Below are positions 47,713 through 56,155 of a stretch of DNA of 64,000 nt, piece after piece. This DNA comes from Dehalococcoidia bacterium (lineage in GTDB: Bacteria; Chloroflexota; Dehalococcoidia; SZUA-161): assembly GCA_011174795.1 (NCBI GenBank), contig DUEY01000004.1, forward strand, positions 101 through 64,100, written 5' to 3'. The notes beneath the pieces were generated by a model. It was not told where the DNA came from, ran no database searches, and saw only the letters and a program-made list of their open reading frames with translations. How positions within the stretch are numbered: position 1 is the stretch's first letter; the number at the start of each line of letters is the position of its first letter. The position numbers and the translations under genes were made by a program.

Positions 47713-47757
47713 ATATCACGATATATCGTGATATATCTCGATATATTGCGATATATT
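47710..47757. promoter_or_regulatory. Operator-like array: five phased 10-bp ATATAT-N2-CG units including a 28-bp perfect palindrome
   Basis: The units are atatatcacg, atatatcgtg, atatatctcg, atatattgcg and atatatt. The segment gatatatcacgatatatcgtgatatatc (47710-47737) is self-complementary. Confidence 0.65.
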
Positions 47758-47783
47758 AAAAGTAACAAACTGAGGAGGCACAC

Positions 47784-48284
47784 ATGTTTAGAATGCATGC
47801 CAAAATGTTCCGCGAGCCGTGGGGCGAGAGCCCGTTTCAGAAGGGTGACCTCAAGTACGTCATCCTGGACCTGATAAAGGACAAGCCGAGGTACGGCTAC
47901 GAGATTATCCGTATACTGGAGGAACGCTCCCACGGCTTCTACGCGCCGAGCCCGGGCGCGGTCTATCCCACGCTTCAGTTCCTTGAGGAGGCGGGCTATA
48001 TCACCGCAGAACAGCAGAACGGGAAGAAGGTCTACACCATAACCGATGAGGGCCGCCAGTTCCTCGAGGACCAGGGTCATTTCACGGAGGGTCTCAAGAA
48101 GCATATGAAAAACTGGTGGGGTTCTAAAGATACCGCTGAGATGCGCGAGACGATGGCAGAGCTGGGAAGCTTGGGGAGGCTGATCGGGCGGCGTTTCCGC
48201 CACATCGATATAGAGAAGATGGCCCGAATACGGGAGGTCATCTCCCGGGCCTCCGGCGAGATAGAGTCGATACTGGAGGAATAG
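47784..48284 (+). CDS. PadR-family transcriptional regulator
   Basis: LKYVILDLIKDKPRYGYEIIRILEERSHGFYAPSPGAVYPTLQFLEEAGYI. Confidence 0.85.
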   Translation: MFRMHAKMFREPWGESPFQKGDLKYVILDLIKDKPRYGYEIIRILEERSHGFYAPSPGAVYPTLQFLEEAGYITAEQQNGKKVYTITDEGRQFLEDQGHFTEGLKKHMKNWWGSKDTAEMRETMAELGSLGRLIGRRFRHIDIEKMARIREVISRASGEIESILEE

Positions 48285-48515
48285 GCTGTTGGCTGAAGGT
48301 TCCCATGAATCGGAGCGAGCGGCATGGACAGGGATTGGCTGATGATGCTTGACGAAGAGCGTATCCGGTTCGTTATACTGGACCTGTACGGCGACGGAGA
48401 CCTGGTTCAGGCATTCCGCGCACGACCCGGCTGGACTGTTGATTTCGAAGATGGAGAAGCGGTAATATTCACCCGAGCTACAGCAAATGAACAATTTAAC
48501 TAAAGGAGGTGTACC

Positions 48516-48716
48516 ATGATGGGCTTCTTCGCGATTATGTCCGCAATTCCCGGCTTCTTCTTCTGCTCCTTCCTCACCATGATCTTCTGGGGCATTATCG
48601 CCCCGGATTTCGGTGTGGAGACTGTGGGCTACCCTATGGCTATGCTGATGACCATAGCGCTCTGGCTTGTCGTTGCACCCCTGGCCAAAGCCGCCTCCTC
48701 TGTGAAGAAGAGGTAG
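48516..48716 (+). CDS. Small membrane protein (two predicted TM helices)
   Basis: AAAGGAGG RBS. Hydrophobic segments are FAIMSAIPGFFFCSFLTMIFWGII and MAMLMTIALWLVVAPL. Confidence 0.5.
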   Translation: MMGFFAIMSAIPGFFFCSFLTMIFWGIIAPDFGVETVGYPMAMLMTIALWLVVAPLAKAASSVKKR

Positions 48717-48799
48717 TTGTTGCAGCATAGGGGAGGGATAGCCCTGGACCCCCTCTGCGGGGGTGGGCAGTGGGTCTCACCGGACTTGGAAAGGGATAC

Positions 48800-48828
48800 T
48801 TGACAAACAATAGTTTAGTTACTATACT
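48800..48828 (+). promoter_or_regulatory. Sigma-70-like promoter directly abutting the MarR-family start codon
   Basis: TTGACA (48800-05), 17 nt, then TATACT (48823-28). The ATG lies only 9 nt downstream, with no SD sequence. Confidence 0.5.
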
Positions 48829-48837
48829 ATTCCTACC

Positions 48838-49311
48838 ATGAGCGAGAGGGCTCTGTTTGAGGACCTGCTGGATGTCCTCGACCAGGTGTTGACCAAGGCG
48901 GGGTCGATTCACTCAGCCGCTTATGATTTCGGTACCGGTGTCCCGCTGTATAAAACCGAGATACATACCATTCGAGCCATCGGTGAGAACCAGGGAATCA
49001 ATGTAACCCAGCTCGCAGAGCTTATGGGAGTGACTAAGGGCGCTGAGTCACAGACGATTAAAAAGCTGGTGAGGAAGAAGCTGGTTGAGAAAACGCCGGC
49101 GCACGATAATGCCCGGGAGATACTTCTGGGGCTGACTGATCTTGGATGGACGGGCTTCTATAACCACGAGCAGTTTCATATGGAGATGTACGATACGCTG
49201 AGCGATTACTTCGGTAATGAGCTCAAGTCGAAGCTGGAAACGTTCATTGCGGTTATGAGCGAGCTCAATAAGATACTGGATGCCTACCAGCGGCGAAGCA
49301 ACTACGTTTAG
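48838..49311 (+). CDS. MarR-family transcriptional regulator
   Basis: A wHTH region INVTQLAELMGVTKGAESQTIKKLVRKKLVEK in a protein of about 157 aa. Confidence 0.8.
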   Translation: MSERALFEDLLDVLDQVLTKAGSIHSAAYDFGTGVPLYKTEIHTIRAIGENQGINVTQLAELMGVTKGAESQTIKKLVRKKLVEKTPAHDNAREILLGLTDLGWTGFYNHEQFHMEMYDTLSDYFGNELKSKLETFIAVMSELNKILDAYQRRSNYV

Positions 49312-49364
49312 TCTTTTTTTAATAGTATAGTTTAGTACCTAAACTTATAAATGGAGGAAATACC

Positions 49365-49976
49365 ATGGAAGCGGAACAGGTTCACGATTCACAACGAGAA
49401 AAAACAACGCTGGTTTGTCCGTGGCAGATCGTCCGCCTCTTCGACAATGTCCTGCGTCCACTCGTTCATAACCCGCGAAAGCTGTTCGGGCCGTATGTGC
49501 GGGAAGGGATGACGGTGTTGGATATCGGTTGCGGAAGGGGGTTTGCATCGCTGGGGCTGGCTAAGCTGGTCGGCGAGGACGGCCTAGTAATCTCTGCGGA
49601 CCTTCAGCCCGAGATGCTGGAGATGGTCAGGGCGAGGGCCGCCAGGGCAGGACTCTCCACCCGAATCCGTATTCACCACTGCGAGACTGACCGCATCGGT
49701 GTGAAGGAAGAGCTGGATTTCGTTGTAGCCTTCTTCATGGTCCACGAGGTGCCCGATACCCGCCGCTTCTTCGAAGAAATCTTCCAGATGCTCAGGCCGG
49801 GCTGCAGGCTGTTCTTTGCTGAACCGATAGTCCACGTTAGCAAGCGTGATTTCGAACGAACGGTGCAGGAAGCGCAGTCCATCGGTTTCGAGGTATCCGA
49901 GAGGACGGGCATCCGGATCGGCAGGGCTGTGGTGCTGGAGAAGAATGCTGGTGAAAAGCGAAGAGCGTCCGGATGA
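49365..49976 (+). CDS. Class I SAM-dependent methyltransferase
   Basis: Motif I VLDIGCGRG, with post-I and motif II regions (ISADLQ, FVVAFFMVHEV). Confidence 0.8.
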   Translation: MEAEQVHDSQREKTTLVCPWQIVRLFDNVLRPLVHNPRKLFGPYVREGMTVLDIGCGRGFASLGLAKLVGEDGLVISADLQPEMLEMVRARAARAGLSTRIRIHHCETDRIGVKEELDFVVAFFMVHEVPDTRRFFEEIFQMLRPGCRLFFAEPIVHVSKRDFERTVQEAQSIGFEVSERTGIRIGRAVVLEKNAGEKRRASG

Positions 49977-50004
49977 TGAATTAACGGCGATTCGTGAATC
50001 GCCC

Positions 50005-50331
50005 CTAGGTTGGGTCGCCGGTGAACGAACTTTTAGGACTCGTGGCTCGTGACCGCCCTTTCCACCCCAGTGCCTTGAGAAAGTCGCCGACGGCTGTTTC
50101 CCTGTGCGCCGGATGGCGCAGCGAAATATCCGGGTTTATTCTGTAGCGATTGCGCCTTCCTTCCTTCTTGATATATATATATCCGGCTTCCGTTAAATCC
50201 GCAATGATCTTCCGTGTCGACCTTTCGGTAATACCGATAGCGTCTGCTATCTCCAGGGCAGTCATGCGGGGATGACGGGCGACAAAGCTCAACACCAAGC
50301 CATGATTCGTCAGGAAAGTCCATTCAGACAT
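50005..50331 (-). CDS. Winged-helix transcriptional regulator
   Basis: The start is placed at MSEWTFLTNHG (aa 38 of the ORF) after a GGAGGG RBS. The wHTH is MTALEIADAIGITERSTRKIIADLTEAGYI. Confidence 0.65.
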   Translation of the reverse strand: MSEWTFLTNHGLVLSFVARHPRMTALEIADAIGITERSTRKIIADLTEAGYIYIKKEGRRNRYRINPDISLRHPAHRETAVGDFLKALGWKGRSRATSPKSSFTGDPT

Positions 50332-50380
50332 GTAGCTAAGCCCTCCTGTGTGGCTCGATGAAAAATCCTTCGTAAAACTA

Positions 50381-50408
50381 TTGACAATTGTACAAATCGT
50401 GTTATAAT
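50381..50408 (+). promoter_or_regulatory. Near-consensus sigma-70 promoter in an AT-rich divergent region
   Basis: TTGACA (50381-86), 16 nt, then TATAAT (50403-08). It points toward the gene at 50562. Confidence 0.5.
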
Positions 50409-50561
50409 CTTCACGAAATATCCAACAGTATTTATAAAGCATGTTAATGTTTTCATTATTAATACTATTGAAACCTATTACAAAATATTTTGTAACACAA
50501 ATTGGGGAGGATTACAAATCCTGCGTCTAAACTGGTGAAATGACGGTTGAGGATATAGAGT

Positions 50562-50903
50562 ATGGCAACATCAAGTTTATTTAATCAAGAATTGCTGCAA
50601 TTCTGTGGCGAGCACGCGAGAGACCGATTCAGTATGGAACTCCTTGCCTTCTGGGGCAGACATCCCCATGGAAGGTTTACCGTCGGCGCTATTACCTGCG
50701 CTATGGATGCCAAGAGACTGAGTGTTGAGAGGGCGCTGAGGGGGCTGGTAGCACAGGGGCTTGTTACTGCGTCAGTTCAGAATGATAAAACACTGTACTA
50801 TCTGGTAGACAACGAAAAAATACGGCAGCAGATCGTTGAGTTGGCGGAGCTGAACTGGTGCGGTCGGAGGGCTATGGTGGAGAATCTCGGGTGTGAGCAC
50901 TGA
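50562..50903 (+). CDS. Hypothetical protein (possible wHTH)
   Basis: ORF of 113 aa. The segment LSVERALRGLVAQGLV is reminiscent of a recognition helix. No family is recognised. Confidence 0.4.
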   Translation: MATSSLFNQELLQFCGEHARDRFSMELLAFWGRHPHGRFTVGAITCAMDAKRLSVERALRGLVAQGLVTASVQNDKTLYYLVDNEKIRQQIVELAELNWCGRRAMVENLGCEH

Positions 50904-50941
50904 TGAGCTGAAGCCTGGCATTGGGCTGGAGGTTTCAAAAC

Positions 50942-51589
50942 ATGGTCTTCAACTTCTGGGAGAGAACGGAAGCAAAGAGATTGCCCGAACCAGTGCGCAC
51001 TTATATGAGGAAGCGGTTCATGCTCACGAGTGATTATATCGATGGTTTGAGGTGCTTCGAATTCGACGACGAATTTCACGGTGAACCGGTAAAGCGCTTG
51101 CACCTGTTCAGGCCGGAGGCAGTAAGAAACGCTGGTTTAATGGTAAGAACAGCCTCAGAACTAGAGCAGCATCCAGAGATTATCCTGTTTGAAGGGTATA
51201 CTGATGAACTGGGCAGGGTATATGTTGCTGACCGCCGCATGCCGACGAAAGCGGCGGTAAAGGGAACGAGCAGAACACTGTTACACATTCTCGCAAGATT
51301 ACATTTTTGTACCATCGCCCGTTCGCGCGGTAGTGAATCGGAAGGTTCCAAGCCATGTAGCGCTGGTCTCGCTGACAATAGAGAGAGCGATGCTAAAACC
51401 AGCGAAGTGCAGAATGGTTCGGGCAGGGGAATGCTGTATAAAAAGGCGGAGGAGCATGCAACTCCACGGACAGTACCGATAAAGAAGCTCGGTTCGTACG
51501 GGCCGGGAGCGGGCTGGCCTCATTCATATGAAAATAGCGAATTGCGCGAATGGCTTAACTCCTGGGAGCGGAAAAGAGATAGTGAATGA
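50942..51589 (+). CDS. Hypothetical protein
   Basis: ATG at 50942, 9 nt after GGAGG (the ORF track starts at 50921). No family is recognised. Confidence 0.4.
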   Translation: MVFNFWERTEAKRLPEPVRTYMRKRFMLTSDYIDGLRCFEFDDEFHGEPVKRLHLFRPEAVRNAGLMVRTASELEQHPEIILFEGYTDELGRVYVADRRMPTKAAVKGTSRTLLHILARLHFCTIARSRGSESEGSKPCSAGLADNRESDAKTSEVQNGSGRGMLYKKAEEHATPRTVPIKKLGSYGPGAGWPHSYENSELREWLNSWERKRDSE

Positions 51590-51772
51590 ATCCCCGGTAC
51601 GCGATTCAAAGCAGCGTTCCCCATGCGGCATCAGGGTCGAAGGCAGGATTCAACATAGCAGCAAACCTCATACAAAGGTTGAGAGGAGGCTGGCATGTGC
51701 AGGATTGACTTTGTTCTTATGAAAGGCACATTTCTCAGAGGAACCAAATTTGAAGGAAGGGGGAAACATTAG

Positions 51773-53089
51773 GTGCAAACTACAACCACGACTCTGCAAA
51801 GGGATTTACGTGAATTAGAGGAGGAAGAACCTCCAGGTACGAACGATACCCTAGACAGGGTAGAAGAACCCCCGAGCAAGACGGCAGCAACGAGGAGAAA
51901 CAAGCTCTTTGATTACGTCCCCGAGACAAACTGGAATGACTGGAAGTGGCAATTCAGAAACCGCGTAACCTCTGTAGATGAACTGGCAAGGTTGATACCC
52001 CTATCGACCAAGGAGCAGGCGCAGCTCAAACTGGTAACAACAAAATACCCTCTTTCGGTTCCCCCGTATTATCTGTCCCTCTTCGACATCGATAACCCGG
52101 ATGACCCCCTGAGAAAGCAGGCGCTCCCATCTTTTCATGAGCTTGGCCTTGCTGGCATGGGTGTCGAGGATCCTCTTGAGGAACAGAAGGACACTGCTGT
52201 ACCGGGGCTGGTTCACCGCTACCCCGACAGGGTGCTTATGGTGCTGACGGACTTGTGCCCTATGCTCTGCCGTCACTGTACGCGGAAGAGGGAATGGCAG
52301 TACGGAGGCTGGGTACGCACGACTGACGAGATAGAGGCCATGCTCGATTACATACGCATGAATAGGAGTATCAGGGATGTTATCATCTCGGGCGGTGACC
52401 CGCTCACACTGTCGACGCAGCGCTTGGAGCAGGTCATCTCAGAATTGCGGCGTATTGAGCATGTGGAGATAATCCGCATCGGCACCAGGTTTCCGGTGGT
52501 ACTGCCCCAGCGCATCGACGACGAGCTCTGTGCTATGTTGTCGAAGTATGGGCCACTATGGGTCAACACGCATTTCAACAACTCAAAAGAGATAACGCCG
52601 GAATCGGCACGGGCATGTGACCGTCTGCTGCGGGCTGGAGTACCGGTGAATAACCAGGCTGTCCTTCTCCGAGGGGTCAATGACACGGTGGAAGAGCATA
52701 CCAGGCTGTGCCAGGGGCTTCTCAAGATAAAGGTGCGCCCCTATTACCTGTACCAGTGTGACGAAGTCCGGGGAACGGAGCACCTTCGCACGCCGGTGGA
52801 GGCCGGCATCAGGATAATAGAGGGAATGAGGGGGCATACATCGGGCCTCGCCATCCCTACCTTTGTCATAGACCTGCCGCATGGCGGAGGCAAAGTTCCC
52901 CTCCAGCCTGACTACATGCTTATGCGAAAGGATGGGGAACTGATACTCAGAAACTACAAATACCAACTGTTTCGATACCGAAATCCAAATGGCCCTCGTC
53001 GCAAGAAAAACGGGCATAAAAACAATACAGCCGCGCGTAATTCGACTATCGGTCAAGCGAACAAGAGGGTGGCAGTTAACCCGGTGTGA
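51773..53089 (+). CDS. KamA-family radical-SAM aminomutase, lysine-2,3-aminomutase-like
   Basis: GTG start. Radical-SAM motif CPMLCRHCTRK. The sequence tracks clostridial KamA closely (NWNDWKWQFRNR, VPGLVHRYPDRVLM, RPYYLYQCD, TFVIDLPHGGGK). Confidence 0.85.
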   Translation: MQTTTTTLQRDLRELEEEEPPGTNDTLDRVEEPPSKTAATRRNKLFDYVPETNWNDWKWQFRNRVTSVDELARLIPLSTKEQAQLKLVTTKYPLSVPPYYLSLFDIDNPDDPLRKQALPSFHELGLAGMGVEDPLEEQKDTAVPGLVHRYPDRVLMVLTDLCPMLCRHCTRKREWQYGGWVRTTDEIEAMLDYIRMNRSIRDVIISGGDPLTLSTQRLEQVISELRRIEHVEIIRIGTRFPVVLPQRIDDELCAMLSKYGPLWVNTHFNNSKEITPESARACDRLLRAGVPVNNQAVLLRGVNDTVEEHTRLCQGLLKIKVRPYYLYQCDEVRGTEHLRTPVEAGIRIIEGMRGHTSGLAIPTFVIDLPHGGGKVPLQPDYMLMRKDGELILRNYKYQLFRYRNPNGPRRKKNGHKNNTAARNSTIGQANKRVAVNPV

Positions 53090-53099
53090 GGAGAGGTAA

Positions 53100-54107
53100 A
53101 TGATAGTAGGACTTTCTTATGACCTTAAGGAGGATGTGAGCCTCGGGACAGGATGGCCTGATGATGCCCTCGAAGAATACGACTCAAAAGAGACCGTGGA
53201 GGCCATAGCACACGCGCTTGAGGTACAGGGACACTCAGTGGTCTTTCTAGGTGGGGGAAGGGAGTTCCTGACCAGTATCCAGCGCCAGCGTGTTGACTTC
53301 GTGTTCAATATCGCGGAAGGGCTGGGAAACCGGAGGAGCAGGGAGGCCCAGGTTCCATCGGTACTTGAGATGCTGGACATACCATATTCAGGTTCGGACC
53401 CTCAGTGCCTGGCGATATGCCTTGACAAACCGCTGACCAAAAAACTTGTGGCGACAGCAGGTGTGGCCACACCGCGCTGGCGGGTATTCACCGACGTCGC
53501 TCAACTCAAAGAAGAGAACTGGGATGGGTTTCCTTTCCCTGTGTTTGTGAAACCAAGCCACGAGGGCTCCAGCAAGGGCATACGCTACCGTTGCCAGGCG
53601 CAGAACGTCAGGCAGACAATCGAACTGGCGGCGGAGTTACTCTCAAGCTACCAGCAGCCTGTAATGGTGGAGGAGTATATCAATGGCGACGAAATAACAG
53701 TTGGAATACTAGGCAACTCCCCACCCAGAATACTGGGCGTGATGCGTATTCTACCGCGTGACAGGGGGACTGACTTCATATATTCACTTGAGGTGAAGCG
53801 GGGTTGGGAAAATCTGGTCGAGTACGAGTGCCCCGCCAGGCTCAATCCCGGCGTCCTCAAGAAAATCGTCAAATCCAGCATGAGCGCCTTCAAGGTTCTG
53901 GGCTGTCGTGACATCGTCAGGATTGACTTCAGAGTGTCTTCCAGCGGGGTTCCCTATTTCTTGGAGATAAACCCGCTTCCCGGACTCAGTCCATACAATA
54001 GTGACGTGCCAATCATAGCCAGCAAGTCGGGCTGGACATACGATGACTTGATAGCAGCCATAATGGATACCGCTTTGCAGAGGTACACCAGTTGCATCTT
54101 ACAATAG
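53100..54107 (+). CDS. ATP-grasp ligase, D-alanine--D-alanine-ligase-like (1)
   Basis: CLDKPLTKKL, FPVFVKPSHEGSSKGI, MVEEYINGDEITVGILG, RIDFRV...YFLEINPLPGL. Confidence 0.8.
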   Translation: MIVGLSYDLKEDVSLGTGWPDDALEEYDSKETVEAIAHALEVQGHSVVFLGGGREFLTSIQRQRVDFVFNIAEGLGNRRSREAQVPSVLEMLDIPYSGSDPQCLAICLDKPLTKKLVATAGVATPRWRVFTDVAQLKEENWDGFPFPVFVKPSHEGSSKGIRYRCQAQNVRQTIELAAELLSSYQQPVMVEEYINGDEITVGILGNSPPRILGVMRILPRDRGTDFIYSLEVKRGWENLVEYECPARLNPGVLKKIVKSSMSAFKVLGCRDIVRIDFRVSSSGVPYFLEINPLPGLSPYNSDVPIIASKSGWTYDDLIAAIMDTALQRYTSCILQ

Positions 54108-55096
54108 CCATTATTTACAACGAGCCGGTCCCGGGGCACTACGAAGCTTTAGGTGAGAGGACGGCGGTTCTCGGCGTCCTTGAAGCCGTGGAAGCGGTGC
54201 ACCAGGCCCTGGTCGATTCTGGTTACTCGGTTATTCGAATGCCATTGCTGCCTCCAATCGAGTCCGTTAGACCCAGGCTTGAACCACTCGAAGCCGACCT
54301 GGTGTTCAATCTTTTCGAAGGCTTCGATGGCTGGCCCGGCTCGGAGGCTGCCGTTGCCGATATCCTCTCCGAACTAGGGCTGGCTTTTACCGGGTGCCCG
54401 AGCGCGTCCCTTTCCTTGGCTTTGGACAAGGGCAAGGCGAAAGCTGTATTCGAAGCTGCAGGGATACGCACGCCCCGATACCAACTGCTGAAACCGGAGA
54501 CCCTGGGCATGTTTGACCTCAGGTATCCGTGTATCGTCAAACCGTGTGCTGAAGATGCGAGCCATGGCATATCTGAGCTTAGTATCGTCAATGACCAGGC
54601 TTCTCTCGAAAGGCGTGTTGCCTGGGTATGCGATGCTTTCGGCGGTCTGGCGCTTGTCGAGGAGTATCTGGATGGACGTGAATTCAATGCCACGGTGTTA
54701 GGAACCGACGAACCCCTCGTTCTGCCGATTTCTGAGATAGTATATAACTTGCCCGTTTCCCTCCCCAGAATTCTCTGCTTCCCGGCAAAGTGGGAGCCGG
54801 AGAGCGTCTACCACCGCTGCACGGCACCGTTCTGCCCGGCGCAAATTGAGCCCGATTTACGGGAAAAAATCGCTGACTATGCCATCCGGGTTTTCAGACT
54901 GCTCGGCTGCTCCGGTTACGGCAGGGTGGATTTCCGCCTGGATGCCGCGGGGAACCCCGCCGTTCTGGAGGCAAATCCGAACTGTGACATATCGCCAACA
55001 GCGGGCGCGGCGCTTCAGGCCAGAACTGCCGGAATGGACTACCGGCAGTTTATCGATACCATCGTCCATCTTGCCCTGGAACAGCAACCGGCATGA
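54092..55096 (+). CDS. ATP-grasp ligase, D-alanine--D-alanine-ligase-like (2)
   Basis: TTG start overlapping the upstream gene by 16 nt. Motifs are ALDKGKAKAVF, YPCIVKPCAEDASHGI, LVEEYLDGREFNATVLG and RVDFRLD...VLEANPNCDIS. Confidence 0.75.
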   Translation: MHLTIAIIYNEPVPGHYEALGERTAVLGVLEAVEAVHQALVDSGYSVIRMPLLPPIESVRPRLEPLEADLVFNLFEGFDGWPGSEAAVADILSELGLAFTGCPSASLSLALDKGKAKAVFEAAGIRTPRYQLLKPETLGMFDLRYPCIVKPCAEDASHGISELSIVNDQASLERRVAWVCDAFGGLALVEEYLDGREFNATVLGTDEPLVLPISEIVYNLPVSLPRILCFPAKWEPESVYHRCTAPFCPAQIEPDLREKIADYAIRVFRLLGCSGYGRVDFRLDAAGNPAVLEANPNCDISPTAGAALQARTAGMDYRQFIDTIVHLALEQQPA

Positions 55097-55575
55097 CGCT
55101 TCACATTAGGTTCATGACCAAGAAAGACAAGCCTACCGTTGTACGGATACTCCGTGATACCACGGAGTTTAAGCCGATGGAGATAGCCGTTGCGGTGGAG
55201 GTTATCGACAGTTATCTGCGCGACCCGGTGGGCTCCGGCTATCATATCATCGTGGCAGAAATGGGCTCTCGTCTGGTCGGGTACTTGGCTTACGGCGCTG
55301 CGCCCCTGACAGAGGGTACCTGGGACATATACTGGGCCGCCGTTTCCCGCGAGGATAGGGGACAGGGCATAGGCAGCGCCCTGATGTCCCATGCGGAGGA
55401 TGAGATTAAAAAGGCGAGGGGGCGTCTGGCAGTAATCGAGACATCATCGAAGCCGGAGTATGAGAGGACGAGGCGTTTTCATCGCAAAACCGGGTACGAG
55501 TTGGCTTGTACGGTCAAAGACTTCTATGCGCCGGGCGATGACAAGCTTATATTCCTGAAGAAGCTCGAGCTCTGA
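55093..55575 (+). CDS. GNAT-family N-acetyltransferase
   Basis: An ATGA start/stop overlap with the upstream gene. The acetyl-CoA motif is RGQGIGSALM. Confidence 0.8.
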   Translation: MTLHIRFMTKKDKPTVVRILRDTTEFKPMEIAVAVEVIDSYLRDPVGSGYHIIVAEMGSRLVGYLAYGAAPLTEGTWDIYWAAVSREDRGQGIGSALMSHAEDEIKKARGRLAVIETSSKPEYERTRRFHRKTGYELACTVKDFYAPGDDKLIFLKKLEL

Positions 55576-55662
55576 ACGACATAGGGGCGCTTCCCGAATC
55601 GCCCCTGCGTTGGCTGCCCACAAGGAGTCATTAAGTATTCTGCCATAAAAGCAGCTGCAAAG

Positions 55663-56013
55663 TCATTTGCCGATGAGTTTCGCCCATCGGGACATGATGT
55701 CCGTTATACCTTCCCCAATGGAGCCTTCGATAACACCGATGCCATCTAAACAAAATCCTGCTTCGATGACAAACTCGACAAAAGTATCTTCCCGCTTAAA
55801 TTCAGAAAGCTTTGCTACATCACCCTTGATCAGAAAGAAACCGTTTAAGTCTCCGCCGTGGGCTCCTAATAACACTGGCTCGAAGCTTTCGATTTTGCCG
55901 TCCGACTTTGCCTTGGTGTAATACTCCATTGTTTTTTGGAACAAGCCCATCGATTGTTGCTCTCGACCGCGAACGGGCCGATTCCATCCTATAAACAGTG
56001 CTCCGTTTGCCAT
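55663..56013 (-). CDS. Hypothetical protein
   Basis: ORF of 116 aa. No family is recognised. Confidence 0.45.
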   Translation of the reverse strand: MANGALFIGWNRPVRGREQQSMGLFQKTMEYYTKAKSDGKIESFEPVLLGAHGGDLNGFFLIKGDVAKLSEFKREDTFVEFVIEAGFCLDGIGVIEGSIGEGITDIMSRWAKLIGK

Positions 56014-56155
56014 TTTTTACCTCCTCTAATTATTTGTGTGTCCTCTTTGGCACATCTGCAGAATCACCCGTTATTCTATATGTATAGGATGTTCTGCAGC
56101 AGGATATTACTAGCACTTTTAAATTCCGATGTCAATGGTTTTTAAGAAATCGGTG

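Noticed and set aside
47710-47757. Short tandem repeats considered as a CRISPR or minisatellite
   Set aside because: The units are 10 bp, contiguous and without spacers, and they overlap a promoter. An operator array is the simpler reading.
47706-48728. 340-aa minus-strand ORF spanning the PadR locus
   Set aside because: It is antisense to a clear PadR-family gene and a small membrane protein gene that both have good RBSs. Its translation has no recognisable domain and a biased composition.
51590-51772. Possible lysine riboswitch in the leader of the kamA-like gene
   Set aside because: The conserved L-box elements I recall (AGAGGUGC..., ...GCCGAAG..., CUGUCA) are not present. Only a generic hairpin is visible.
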